Shown piece after piece: positions 46,599 through 56,570 of a stretch of DNA of 57,518 bases; the first letter of the stretch is position 1; every line of letters begins with the position of its first letter. Location: NCBI GenBank assembly GCA_946497145.1, contig CAMMJA010000004.1:1-57518 (forward strand). The letters are read 5' to 3'. The notes under the pieces are model-generated. The model was given only the letters and a program-made list of their open reading frames with translations, was not told the origin of the DNA and made no database searches. Both the position numbers and the translations under genes were made by a program. Source of the stretch: an uncultured Mycoplasmatota bacterium. Lineage in GTDB: Bacteria; Bacillota_I; Bacilli_A; RF39; UBA660.

Positions 46599-48152
46599 AT
46601 GAACAATGTTCTATTCTCCATTTTACTCATTATAATTGGATTATCTATTGGAGTATGTATCAGTTTTGTTTTAAATTATTTAAAGGAAAACAACGCTTCT
46701 CGTAAGGCCGAACTGTTGTTAGAAAATGCGAAAAAAGAAGCCGAAAAACACAAACGAGAGATGGTGTTAGAAGCAAAGGAAGAAGTACATAAATTAAAAT
46801 TAGAAGTAGAAAAAGAAACAAAGGAGAAAAAAGCGGAGTTAAAAGAATCAGAAGATCGTTTAATACAGCGAGAAAAAAATATTGATAAGCGGGATGAATT
46901 GTATCAAAAAAGAGAATCGATGTTAGATGAAAGAGAAGAAAAATTAACTGAAAAAACAAAAGAAATCCAAGAAGAACAAGGTAAAGTGGAAGAAATTAAA
47001 CAACAACAATTAGAATTGTTACAAGAAATTTCTGGCTTTAGTAAAGAAAAAGCCAAAGAGATGGTTATGAGTCGAGTTGAGGAAGCAATGACCAAAGAAA
47101 TTGCTACGTATGTAAAAGAACAGGAAAACGAAGCTAAATTGAATGCAGATAAGAAAGCGAAGGATTTGTTGGTTTTATCGATGCAAAAGTATGCAGCAGA
47201 TATTGCAAACGAACAGACTGTTACCGTCGTAAATTTACCAAACGATGAAATGAAAGGTCGCATCATTGGTCGTGAAGGAAGAAATATTCGAACGATTGAA
47301 GCGATAACAGGAGTTGACCTCATTATCGACGATACACCAGAAGCCGTGGTGTTATCAAGTTTTGATCCTTTAAGAAGAGAAATTGCACGTATTACGTTGG
47401 AGACATTAATCAAAGATGGAAGAATTCATCCGACTAGGATCGAGGAACTTTACGATAAAGTATGTAAAGATATGAAAGATAAAATGGTGGAGTATGGAAA
47501 CAATGCTTTGTTTGAGTTGGGAATCACCAAGATGGATCCTAGTTTGATCGAGACAGTTGGACGACTACACTTTCGAACCAGTTATGGCCAAAACGCTTTG
47601 AGACATTCGATCGAAGTAGCACAACTTTCTGGTTTGTTGGCAGCCGAGTTAGGAGAAAATGTTAACTTGGCCAAACGTGCGGGATTGTTACATGATATTG
47701 GAAAAGCCATCGATCATGAGATTGAAGGAAGTCATGTAGAAATTGGTGAAAAATTGGCCAAAAAGTATCATGAAAATGAAGTTGTCATCAATGCGATTGC
47801 TTCTCATCATGGAGATCAAGAAGCAACAAGCATCATTTCTGTTATTGTGGCGATTGCAGATACGCTTAGTGCGTCACGTCCAGGAGCAAGAAATGACTCT
47901 TTAGAAAATTATATCAAACGTCTAGAACAACTAGAAGAAATCGCGAGTGATATGAAGGGTGTTGAAAAAACTTTTGCTGTACAAGCAGGTCGTGAACTTC
48001 GTGTCATTGTCAAGCCAGAGGAAGTGGATGATTTGACAAGTCATAAAATTGCAAGAGACATCAAAGAAAAAATCGAAGCGACAATGCAGTATCCTGGAAC
48101 GATTAAAGTAACGGTCATTCGAGAAACGAGGGCACAAGAAGAAGCAAAATAA
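46599..48152 (+). CDS. rny: ribonuclease Y
   Basis: N-terminal TM helix, coiled-coil, KH '[15 protein letters not shown]', HD 'GLLHDIGKA'. Terminator at 48139-48166. Confidence 0.95.
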   Translation: MNNVLFSILLIIIGLSIGVCISFVLNYLKENNASRKAELLLENAKKEAEKHKREMVLEAKEEVHKLKLEVEKETKEKKAELKESEDRLIQREKNIDKRDELYQKRESMLDEREEKLTEKTKEIQEEQGKVEEIKQQQLELLQEISGFSKEKAKEMVMSRVEEAMTKEIATYVKEQENEAKLNADKKAKDLLVLSMQKYAADIANEQTVTVVNLPNDEMKGRIIGREGRNIRTIEAITGVDLIIDDTPEAVVLSSFDPLRREIARITLETLIKDGRIHPTRIEELYDKVCKDMKDKMVEYGNNALFELGITKMDPSLIETVGRLHFRTSYGQNALRHSIEVAQLSGLLAAELGENVNLAKRAGLLHDIGKAIDHEIEGSHVEIGEKLAKKYHENEVVINAIASHHGDQEATSIISVIVAIADTLSASRPGARNDSLENYIKRLEQLEEIASDMKGVEKTFAVQAGRELRVIVKPEEVDDLTSHKIARDIKEKIEATMQYPGTIKVTVIRETRAQEEAK

Positions 48153-48217
48153 TTGCTTCTTTTTTCTTGCTCCACAACTGCTAACGTGTTATGATTAAAT
48201 CATCAGGGGGAAATTGT

Positions 48218-49105
48218 ATGCGCGTAAAATATTTATTGTATACTGATATTGCTACCAATATGATCAAAGAAAAATTCTTAGAATATCGTTATGATTATGC
48301 CGAAGATGATATAGAATTTGCAAACGTTTTATTTTCGGATTTGAAACAGGCAAAAGAAGGTAACTATCAGTTGTTGTTTGGAACGATGATCATCAACTAT
48401 GTGGAAATGTATCATATTTTATTGCCAGATGATGAATCGTTCGTTACGTTATTAAAGTATGGTGAATTGGAGGAAATTGTCTCTTATTTAGAAAAAGATG
48501 TGGACTTGTTTTTAGAAGTAGTGGAAGCAACGATGGAAAAAAGTGATTTAGATGAGCATGAGAGAGAAAACTATTACCAGATGACTATAAATAGTGATTT
48601 TGCGAATATTTATAGTCGCTTTGATCCTTGTTTTGAATTAGATTATCATCTTCATGAAAATAACTTCCCAACAGAACATATCAAATGTTTAGAATATGGT
48701 TTTTATGATCACTACGAAACATTAAAATCTGTCTTAGAATATCCAGAACACATCACTTATGTCTTAACAGATTTAATTGATAAAAAGTATACAAAGGAAG
48801 ATGCATATCTACTAGTAGGTACATTATTAGAATCGTATTACTTTTTTACGAAGGGAAAAGAATTGCTGCAAGATAAAACCATCACCTCAAAGGACAAGAA
48901 ATTGTTAAACAAATTAGAAGAAGCAAACTCTTTAGAACAAATATTGCCTGAGATGATGCAACGATCAAATTTGAGTCGTGTAGTAGAATGTTGTTGTTAC
49001 TATCAGGATCATCTATTTGATACTGAAAATTTAATATTGTTATCCAATGCCCAAAACAATTCTTATATGAAAAAGTTTCCTAAGAAAGCAAAAGATCAAA
49101 CGTAA
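48218..49105 (+). CDS. hypothetical acidic 295-aa protein
   Basis: ATG 48218 follows AGGGGGA. No recognisable motif. Confidence 0.5.
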   Translation: MRVKYLLYTDIATNMIKEKFLEYRYDYAEDDIEFANVLFSDLKQAKEGNYQLLFGTMIINYVEMYHILLPDDESFVTLLKYGELEEIVSYLEKDVDLFLEVVEATMEKSDLDEHERENYYQMTINSDFANIYSRFDPCFELDYHLHENNFPTEHIKCLEYGFYDHYETLKSVLEYPEHITYVLTDLIDKKYTKEDAYLLVGTLLESYYFFTKGKELLQDKTITSKDKKLLNKLEEANSLEQILPEMMQRSNLSRVVECCCYYQDHLFDTENLILLSNAQNNSYMKKFPKKAKDQT

Positions 49106-49178
49106 TTATTCCGTTGATATGAACCCCGTTTCTATGTCCAAGAAACGGGGTTCAGTTCATTATTACGTTTGATCTTTT
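49090..49178. repeat. nested palindrome: 17-bp perfect inverted repeat enclosing a 13-bp terminator hairpin
   Basis: AAAAGATCAAACGTAAT at 49090-49106 is the exact reverse complement of 49162-49178. The inner hairpin is gaaccccgtttct (49121-49133) / agaaacggggttc (49141-49153). Confidence 0.9.
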
Positions 49179-50848
49179 TTAATATCTAAAATGACAGGTA
49201 ATATAATTGGTTTTCTTCCTGTTAAGTGGAAGACATAAGGAATTAAGTCGTTGGTGATTTGAGATTTAATGTCGGAAAACGTAGCACTAGGATCTTTTAA
49301 TTTTTCTTTGATCGAATTAGTTGCTAATGTTTCAATTTTGTGAAGCAATTCTTCGTTCTCATTGATCAAAACAAATCCTCGTGTCGTAATGTTCGGTTTG
49401 ATAAGTAGTTCGCGTTTTTTCATGTTAATGTTGGCGATTACCACCAAGATACCATCGCTTGCCATAATTTTACGATCACGCAAAACTGCTCCGCCAATTT
49501 CCCCAATACGATTTCCATCCACGTATACATCAGGTGCTGGAATATTGCCGCTCTTGGTAATTTTGCCTTTTACCATCGATAAAATATCACCATTTTGAAG
49601 TACGAAGGTGTTTTCTTTCGGAATTCCACATTCGATTCCAATATTGGCATGGTTTTTGAGCATGCGATAATCACCGTGAAAAGGCATTAAGTATTTTGGA
49701 TTGATTAAGCGAATCATCAATTTTAATTCTTCGATATTTGCGTGCCCTGAAGTATGAAGATCTGATAAAGAAGTGTTGGTAAATACTTTGACTCCTTTTA
49801 AATAAAGTTTGTTGATGGTCTTTGAAATACTAAGGGCATTTCCAGGAATAGCACTAGATGAGAAGATGACGATGTCATCAGGACGCAATTTAATTTGTTT
49901 ATGTGTTCCATCAGCAATACGTGATAAAGCCGCAAGCGGTTCACCTTGTGAGCCGGTACATAAAATTGTTACTTCTCCTGGTTTCAAATGATTTGCTTCT
50001 TCTGGCGAAACAAACAGTTCTTTATGATTGATATAACCACCTTTAATAGAAATATCGATATTGTTTTCCATGCTTCGTCCAAAGACGCAAATTTTACGAT
50101 TGTGTTTGTAACAAGTTTCGACAATATGTTTTAAACGATAAATGTTCGATGCAAAGGTTGCAATGATGATACGATTGTTGCGATAGTGATCAAAAATATC
50201 TGATAGGGCACCATCTACTTTCGATTCACTCATCGACATTCCTTCGTTTAAAGCATTGGTACTATCGCTGATTAATAATTCAACCCCGCGTTTTCCAATT
50301 TCGGCCATTTTATGAAGATCGGCCATCGGTCCAATAGGAGTTAAATCGAATTTAAAATCTCCTGTCGTGACAATGGTTCCGTTAGGAGTTGTTACACAAA
50401 TACCATGTGAATCCGGAATCGAGTGAGTTGTTCTAAAAAACTCTACTTCCATATTTTTAAATTTTAGTTTAGTTTCATCAGTATAAACATATAAATGTTG
50501 ATAAGGAATATTTCGATCAGCAAGTTTTAAGGCAATCAGTTCCTTGGCTTGTTTTGGGGCATAAATGGCTGGAATGTTGACTGTCTGTAAAAGAAATGGA
50601 ATTCCACCAATATGATCCTCGTGACCATGGGTGATGATCAAGGCCTTAATCTTACTTTGATTTTGTTTTAAAAAAGAATAATCTGGTAAGACGTAATCAA
50701 TTCCTAATAGTTCTCCCTCTGGAAAACTAACTCCCGCATCAATAATAATTATTTCGTTTCCATGCATTACACAATACATGTTTTTTCCGACTTCTCCTAA
50801 ACCACCTAAAACAATAATCTTTGTTTCGATTGGTTTAATAATACTCAT
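49163..50848 (-). CDS. rnjA: ribonuclease J
   Basis: Metallo-beta-lactamase 'ITHGHEDHIGG', beta-CASP region and C-terminal domain. 561 aa. Confidence 0.95.
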   Translation of the reverse strand: MSIIKPIETKIIVLGGLGEVGKNMYCVMHGNEIIIIDAGVSFPEGELLGIDYVLPDYSFLKQNQSKIKALIITHGHEDHIGGIPFLLQTVNIPAIYAPKQAKELIALKLADRNIPYQHLYVYTDETKLKFKNMEVEFFRTTHSIPDSHGICVTTPNGTIVTTGDFKFDLTPIGPMADLHKMAEIGKRGVELLISDSTNALNEGMSMSESKVDGALSDIFDHYRNNRIIIATFASNIYRLKHIVETCYKHNRKICVFGRSMENNIDISIKGGYINHKELFVSPEEANHLKPGEVTILCTGSQGEPLAALSRIADGTHKQIKLRPDDIVIFSSSAIPGNALSISKTINKLYLKGVKVFTNTSLSDLHTSGHANIEELKLMIRLINPKYLMPFHGDYRMLKNHANIGIECGIPKENTFVLQNGDILSMVKGKITKSGNIPAPDVYVDGNRIGEIGGAVLRDRKIMASDGILVVIANINMKKRELLIKPNITTRGFVLINENEELLHKIETLATNSIKEKLKDPSATFSDIKSQITNDLIPYVFHLTGRKPIILPVILDIKKDQT

Positions 50849-51006
50849 AATTTCTCCTTTCTTTTTGTTAAATAAAGAACTGACTTATCGATTATACTAT
50901 AAAATTTAAAATTTGTCTACTATTGTAACAAAGTAAAAAATGGTTGACAAAAGACAAAAACAATTGTATAACTGTATTAGTGAATTGATACAAAAGGAGT
51001 GATGAA

Positions 51007-51363
51007 GTGAATTGGATTTTTGATAATGATCGACCCATTTATGTTCAATTGGTAGAGCAATTAGAAATGGATATTTTATCGGGAAATTATCCGTTAGGAA
51101 GTAAATTACCTTCGGTAAGAGAACTTGCTGATTTGTTAAAAGTAAATCCCAATACGATGCAAAGGGCTTTTTTAGAATTGGAAAACAAGGGCTTGGTTTT
51201 TACCAAACGAACTAGTGGCAGATTTGTGACAGAAAATAAAAATTTAATCGATGATCTACGAGAAGAGTATGCCAAAAAAAGTGTAGGAGCATTTAAAAAA
51301 TCTATGCAGCAACTGGGATTTTCTGAAGAAGAAATGTTAGATCATGTAAAAGAGAAAGGATAA
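51007..51363 (+). CDS. GntR-family (YtrA-subfamily) transcriptional regulator
   Basis: wHTH 'LPSVRELADLLKVNPNTMQRAFLELENKG' with a short C-terminus. GTG start 7 nt after AAAGGAG. Promoter TTGACA-17-TATAAC at 50943-50971. Confidence 0.8.
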   Translation: MNWIFDNDRPIYVQLVEQLEMDILSGNYPLGSKLPSVRELADLLKVNPNTMQRAFLELENKGLVFTKRTSGRFVTENKNLIDDLREEYAKKSVGAFKKSMQQLGFSEEEMLDHVKEKG

Positions 51364-51368
51364 AAATT

Positions 51369-52061
51369 ATGTTGATAGAGTGTAAAAAACTATGTAAAAA
51401 CTACGGAGCCAAAAAGGTGCTCAAAAATATCAATTTGAATATTGAAAAAGGAAAAATAGTTGGTTTGTTAGGGCCCAATGGAAGTGGAAAAACAACATTC
51501 ATTAAATTGTTGAATGACTTGTTGGTTCCAACTTCAGGAGAAGTGTTAATCAACGGAAAAAAACCAGGAATAGAAAGCAAAAAAATCATTTCATATCTTC
51601 CGGAAAGAACGTATTTAGATAACAATCTAAAAGTAGAAGAAATAATCGAATTTTTTGAAGATTTTTATGAAGATTTTGATTCTAAAATTGCGTTTAAACT
51701 ATTAAAAAAGTTAAAAATTGATCCAAAGGACAAACTTAAGACCATGTCGAAAGGAACAAAAGAGAAAGTACAATTGATTTTAGTAATGAGTAGAAGGGCA
51801 GAACTTTATATTTTAGATGAACCGATTGGTGGGGTAGACCCAGCAGCACGAGACTATATTTTAGATACTATTATGGAAAACTTTAACCAAGGAGCGACGA
51901 TTTTGATTTCTACCCATTTAATTTCGGATATAGAGAGAATTTTAGACGATGTCATCTTCATTCAAGATGGACAAATCAAAGAGCACGACAGTGCGGATCA
52001 ATTACGAAAAAAACATAATAAGTCCATTGATATGATATTTAGGGAGGAATTTAAATGCTAG
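51369..52061 (+). CDS. ABC transporter ATP-binding protein
   Basis: Walker A 'GPNGSGKTT', signature-like 'MSKGTKEKV', Walker B 'LYILDEP'. Confidence 0.85.
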   Translation: MLIECKKLCKNYGAKKVLKNINLNIEKGKIVGLLGPNGSGKTTFIKLLNDLLVPTSGEVLINGKKPGIESKKIISYLPERTYLDNNLKVEEIIEFFEDFYEDFDSKIAFKLLKKLKIDPKDKLKTMSKGTKEKVQLILVMSRRAELYILDEPIGGVDPAARDYILDTIMENFNQGATILISTHLISDIERILDDVIFIQDGQIKEHDSADQLRKKHNKSIDMIFREEFKC

Positions 52062-52840
52062 GGAAATTATTAAAATATGATATGAAATCAATGTCCAAAA
52101 GTTTGCTTCCCCTATATTTGATTACGCTGGGAATGGCGATCATTTGTCGTTTGGTTTTACTATTATCAAATCAAATTTCTATTTTTAAAGGTGTTTCTGC
52201 ACTTGTTGTGTTTTTCTTCTGTATTTTGTTAATCGGGGTGTTTTTATACACTTTTGTTCTAGGCATCAAACGTTTTTATAACAATTTAATGAAAGATGAG
52301 GGCTATTTAACACATACTTTGCCAGTACCAAAATATCTTCACTTGAATTCTAAAATTATTGCTTCTTTGCTTTTTTTGGTTTTCAGTACCATCATAGTCA
52401 TTCTTGCATTTTGCATTAGTTTTTATTACTTTGGAATGTTTGATGAGTTAATGCGTATGTTGACGGAATTTAGTAACGCTATGTCTATTTCTTTGCCCGC
52501 AATACTATGCTATGTAATTATTACGTTACTTCTTGGCTATTTAAGCAACTTATTGTTGGTTTACGTATCGCTTGCTTTGGGACATTTACAAAATAAAAAT
52601 CGTTTGGTTTTTGCAGTAGTTTACGGAATCGTTGTTTATACCATCAGTCAAATTGTTTCTCTGATTGCGTTAACGCCTTGTCTTATCGTCGATCCGGGTT
52701 TACTTGCAACCAATGCAACACCCGCAAAAGATATTCTAATGCCACTTCTTGGTATTTCTCTAGGAGTTAGTATCCTACTTATTATCGCATACTATTTGAT
52801 TACACTAAAAATACTTAAGAAAAATTTAAATTTAGAATAA
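52055..52840 (+). CDS. ABC-associated polytopic membrane protein (putative permease)
   Basis: Overlaps the ATPase stop. About six TM helices. Terminator at 52844-52872. Confidence 0.55.
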   Translation: MLGKLLKYDMKSMSKSLLPLYLITLGMAIICRLVLLLSNQISIFKGVSALVVFFFCILLIGVFLYTFVLGIKRFYNNLMKDEGYLTHTLPVPKYLHLNSKIIASLLFLVFSTIIVILAFCISFYYFGMFDELMRMLTEFSNAMSISLPAILCYVIITLLLGYLSNLLLVYVSLALGHLQNKNRLVFAVVYGIVVYTISQIVSLIALTPCLIVDPGLLATNATPAKDILMPLLGISLGVSILLIIAYYLITLKILKKNLNLE

Positions 52841-52910
52841 AAAACGGGAAAACTTGGGTTTTCCTTTTTTTTTAATTTGATCTTTGATATAATGATACTA
52901 GGTGAAGAAC

Positions 52911-53948
52911 ATGGGATTATTTAACAAAATTAAAAATATGTTTCAAAAACAAGAACAACCGTTAGAGGAAGAAAAACAGATAGAAAAGATACAATCCACA
53001 GAATCTGTGGAAAAAAGTAACGAAGAAGTAAAAGTTTATGAGAAAGGGTTGACGAAAACAAGAGAATCTTTCGTTTCGAAATTGGTAAACTTGACGAATA
53101 AGTACCATAAAATAACGGAAGAATATTTTGAAGAATTAGAAGAGATCTTAATCATGGCCGATATTGGGGTCAATACAGTTATGAGTTTTATGGATCGTTT
53201 AAGAGAAAGAGTAAAACAAGAACATATTGAAGATACGGAATATTTGAAAGAAGTAATCGTCGATGAACTGTTTATTATCTATGTGAACGATACGGTTTTG
53301 GTAAATAAAATTAACGTTCAAGAACAAGGTCCTACTGTCGTTTTGTTCGTTGGGGTAAATGGAGTAGGAAAGACGACGACGATTGGAAAAATCGCATGGC
53401 AGTTTAAAAAGCAAGGGAAAAAAGTATTGTTGGTGGCAGGAGATACGTTTCGTGCTGGCGCCAGTGCACAGCTAAAAGAATGGAGCGAAAAAGTAGGTGT
53501 TGGTTTTTCTGGAAAAGAAGAAGGAAGTGATCCAGCGAGTGTCGTTTTTGATGGACTGGTAAAAGCCAAGGAAGAAAACTATGATATTGTCTTGATCGAT
53601 ACGGCTGGACGACTTCAAAACAAAGTGAACTTGATGAAAGAGTTAGAAAAAATCAACAGAGTTATTGGAACACAAATAGAAGGAGCACCGCATGAAACCT
53701 TGTTGATCATCGATGCAACAACGGGTCAAAACGGTATTAGTCAAGCCAAAAGTTTTAAAGAGATTACCAATATTACTGGAATTGTACTTACCAAACTGGA
53801 TGGTACCGCCAAAGGTGGTATTGTTTTAGCCATCAAAGAAGAAGTCGATATACCAGTAAAATACGTCGGCTTAGGGGAACAAAAGGAAGATTTACAAGTG
53901 TTCGATATTGAAAAGTATATTTATGGATTATTCAAAGATATGATGTAG
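52911..53948 (+). CDS. ftsY: signal recognition particle receptor FtsY
   Basis: NG domain 'GVNGVGKTTTIGK', 'DTAGR', 'TKLDGTAKGG'. ATG 52911 follows AGGTGA. Confidence 0.95.
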   Translation: MGLFNKIKNMFQKQEQPLEEEKQIEKIQSTESVEKSNEEVKVYEKGLTKTRESFVSKLVNLTNKYHKITEEYFEELEEILIMADIGVNTVMSFMDRLRERVKQEHIEDTEYLKEVIVDELFIIYVNDTVLVNKINVQEQGPTVVLFVGVNGVGKTTTIGKIAWQFKKQGKKVLLVAGDTFRAGASAQLKEWSEKVGVGFSGKEEGSDPASVVFDGLVKAKEENYDIVLIDTAGRLQNKVNLMKELEKINRVIGTQIEGAPHETLLIIDATTGQNGISQAKSFKEITNITGIVLTKLDGTAKGGIVLAIKEEVDIPVKYVGLGEQKEDLQVFDIEKYIYGLFKDMM

Positions 53949-53956
53949 GAGGAAGT

Positions 53957-54247
53957 ATGGGAAAAAAAGTACACAAAGAATTAAAAAAATTAACTCCTGA
54001 GAAAAAAGAAAGTAAGATAGGTTTGTATGCACAACTACTTTTGACGCTTGCAACGATTGTTTTGGCATTGTTGTATTTGGTATACAAGGACTTGCTCATC
54101 TATCTACAATTGATGTTGGCACTAGATATGTTTGTCATTGCCTACAACAACCAAAAGAAATATAAAAGAACATTTTTTACGTTGCTTTATATTGGAACTG
54201 GGGTTGTAATATTAGGTATTGTCATTTTGAATTTATTAGGAGTATAA
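53957..54247 (+). CDS. small 3-TM membrane protein
   Basis: SD TAGGAGGAAG. Basic N-terminus and three hydrophobic helices. Starts 8 nt after ftsY and ends 1 nt before ylxM. Confidence 0.5.
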   Translation: MGKKVHKELKKLTPEKKESKIGLYAQLLLTLATIVLALLYLVYKDLLIYLQLMLALDMFVIAYNNQKKYKRTFFTLLYIGTGVVILGIVILNLLGV

Positions 54248-54248
54248 G

Positions 54249-54542
54249 ATGGATAAGACGATCTATTACAATCAGTTGTATGACCAGTATCAACCATTGC
54301 TTACCAAAAAGCAACAACAATACTTTGAAGATTATTACTTTTCTAATTTGTCTCTTAGTGAAATGGCCGAAAATTATCAAGTAAGTCGTAATGCCATCTA
54401 TGGACAATTAAAATTAATAGAAAAGAAATTAGATGAGTTTGAAGAAAAATTACAGTTAGCCAAACGCAAAGGGATGATACTTGATTTATTAAAAGAAAAA
54501 ATAGATGAAAAAACAAAAGAAAAATTGATTGATTTATTATAA
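54249..54542 (+). CDS. ylxM: YlxM (UPF0122) putative DNA-binding protein
   Basis: 'YFEDYYFSNLSLSEMAENYQVSRNAIYGQLK' sigma-70 region-4-like HTH typical of YlxM. Confidence 0.85.
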   Translation: MDKTIYYNQLYDQYQPLLTKKQQQYFEDYYFSNLSLSEMAENYQVSRNAIYGQLKLIEKKLDEFEEKLQLAKRKGMILDLLKEKIDEKTKEKLIDLL

Positions 54543-54558
54543 GAAGGGGAGAAAAAAT

Positions 54559-56454
54559 ATGTTTGATAAAATTGTGTATATTAGTGATCATAGCGCTGAA
54601 GTAAAATTGAAAGAAGAAAATTTAGCAATTAATATTATGAACTTACATATTATTTTTGAAGACAAAGATAAAAAAATATTAGGTGAAGTAGATGATTTGC
54701 ACGATGGGAAAGCTAAAATTCGTTTTTTAGGAGAGTTTGTTAATCAACGGTTATTGGGTGGTGTCATTAGAAAGCCATCTTTGGATGCTACCATACGTTT
54801 GATCACACCAGAAGAAATTCCTTATATTGTAGGACAAGACAAAGATGGATACATGTTGATTGGAAAAAGTCCTTTTTATAACGATCAGGAAGTATATTTA
54901 AATGTGAATCATTTTTTTAGTAACCATTTTGCGATTTTTGGAAATAGTGGAAGTGGAAAAAGTTGTGGGGTAGCGCGCATGATTCAAAATATGTTTCAAG
55001 ATAAGCGGCTGTTTCCATTTCGTTCAAATATTTTGCTTTTTGATTCATCTGGAGAATACTACAATGCATTTCATAACTTGAGTCAGATCAATCCGAATTT
55101 TCATTACAAGTTTTTCACTACCAATCAAACTGAGCGAATAGGAGAACAACTACGTCTTCCTATTTGGCTTTTGAACGTGGGAGATATTGCTTTGTTGTTG
55201 TCAGCAACGGAACATTCGCAACTACCTATGATCGAAAGAATGTTAAAATTAGCTCGTATTTTTGCTGAAGATGATACGCAAGCATTGAACTACAAAAATC
55301 ACTTGATTGCCAAAGCTATTATGACGATACTTTATACCAACCAAACTTCTCCTAACAAACGTAATGAAATTTTTTCGATTCTAGGAAGTTGTTCTACTGA
55401 GCAATTCAACCTAGAAGCACCGATTCAAGGAATTGGATACGTTAGAAAATTTCGTGAATGTTTTTTAATTGATTCAAATGGTCAATTTACGGAAAGTGTT
55501 CTACTAACGGAATATGTATCCAACTTTATCAAGGAAGAATACGATAATTATGAACCCAAAGGGGATGTGTATTATACGTTACAAGATTTGGAAAAAGCAC
55601 TAAACTTTGCTTTAATTAGTGAAGGATGGTTACGTAACGAAAATACCTATAGTGATGCGGTAACGATGAAAGTAAAATTACATTCCTTAATTACAAGTAG
55701 TGATTCTAAATATTTTGAAGTAGATCATTATATGACTGCCGAACAATACATTTCATCTTTGGTTGTACAAGGAAATCAGAAATATCAAATTGTTAACATC
55801 AACTTTGACGATGTCGACGATGAACTTGCCAAAACGATTACTAAGATATTTACTAGGTTGTTATTTGAATTTACCAAAGGGCTAAAAAATAGAGCATCTA
55901 TCCCATTTCATATCATTGTAGAAGAAGCACATCGTTACATTCAAAACGATCGTGATCGTTACTTGCTTGGTTATAATATTTTTGATCGTGTCGCCAAAGA
56001 AGGTCGAAAATATGGATTGATTTTGGGTTTGATTTCGCAACGTCCGGTTGAACTATCGGATACCGTAATTTCACAGTGTTCGAACTTCTTAATCTTTAAA
56101 ATCAACCATCCAATGGATGTTGATTACATTAAGAAAATGGTACCAAACATCAGTGAAGAAATCGTCGAAAAACAAAAAAGTTTACAATCAGGTACTTGTC
56201 TTGTCTTCGGACAGGCCTTTCAAATACCGTTGATTGTCAAAATGGATATGCCATCTCCTGAACCAAAAAGCAGCAACTGTAATGTAGTAGTTACTTGGAG
56301 TGGGGGACAAAATAATAGTATTCCAAGTATGTCATCGACTTTGCCACATGAACCAGTTGAATCAACGGTAAAAGAACACGCTCAAGTACTTGATTCTAAA
56401 GAAGAAACGACAAAACCTAAAAATACATTTATTATAGATGATGTCTTAGAATAA
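54559..56454 (+). CDS. HerA/FtsK-superfamily (DUF87-type) ATPase
   Basis: ATG 54559 follows AAGGGGAG. N-terminal barrel-like segment ('ILGEVDDLHDGKAKIRFLGEF...GGVIRKPSLDATIRLITPEE'). Walker A 'FGNSGSGKSCG'. Walker B 'FHIIVEEAHRYI'. 'GLILGLISQRPVELSDTVISQCSNFLIFKI'. Confidence 0.7.
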   Translation: MFDKIVYISDHSAEVKLKEENLAINIMNLHIIFEDKDKKILGEVDDLHDGKAKIRFLGEFVNQRLLGGVIRKPSLDATIRLITPEEIPYIVGQDKDGYMLIGKSPFYNDQEVYLNVNHFFSNHFAIFGNSGSGKSCGVARMIQNMFQDKRLFPFRSNILLFDSSGEYYNAFHNLSQINPNFHYKFFTTNQTERIGEQLRLPIWLLNVGDIALLLSATEHSQLPMIERMLKLARIFAEDDTQALNYKNHLIAKAIMTILYTNQTSPNKRNEIFSILGSCSTEQFNLEAPIQGIGYVRKFRECFLIDSNGQFTESVLLTEYVSNFIKEEYDNYEPKGDVYYTLQDLEKALNFALISEGWLRNENTYSDAVTMKVKLHSLITSSDSKYFEVDHYMTAEQYISSLVVQGNQKYQIVNINFDDVDDELAKTITKIFTRLLFEFTKGLKNRASIPFHIIVEEAHRYIQNDRDRYLLGYNIFDRVAKEGRKYGLILGLISQRPVELSDTVISQCSNFLIFKINHPMDVDYIKKMVPNISEEIVEKQKSLQSGTCLVFGQAFQIPLIVKMDMPSPEPKSSNCNVVVTWSGGQNNSIPSMSSTLPHEPVESTVKEHAQVLDSKEETTKPKNTFIIDDVLE

Positions 56455-56464
56455 TTAGTCAGAG

Positions 56465-56486
56465 AAGAGAATTTTTTCTCTTTTTA
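56465..56486 (+). terminator. intrinsic terminator after the HerA-like gene
   Basis: Hairpin aagagaa/ttctctt followed by a short T-run. Confidence 0.55.
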
Positions 56487-56570
56487 ATTGCTTTAAATTT
56501 GAAGTGAATACTATTATGAAGACTTTAATTTACTAGTTTTTTATTGTATAATAAATGTTAGGTGATAAAA

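Noticed and set aside
46904-47413. 169-aa ORF antisense within rny (also 46660-46959)
   Set aside because: This is an artefact of the purine-rich coiled-coil coding strand. It has no SD, no motifs, and overlaps the conserved RNase Y.
51007-52840. GntR-ABC module considered as a novel system
   Set aside because: It matches the common YtrA-type regulator + ABC ATPase + membrane protein cassette that is widespread in Bacillota. Nothing atypical is seen in the sequence.
54529-54558. Upstream start (ATG 54529) for the HerA-like ORF
   Set aside because: It would overlap ylxM by 14 nt and has no SD. ATG 54559 is preceded by AAGGGGAG at proper spacing.
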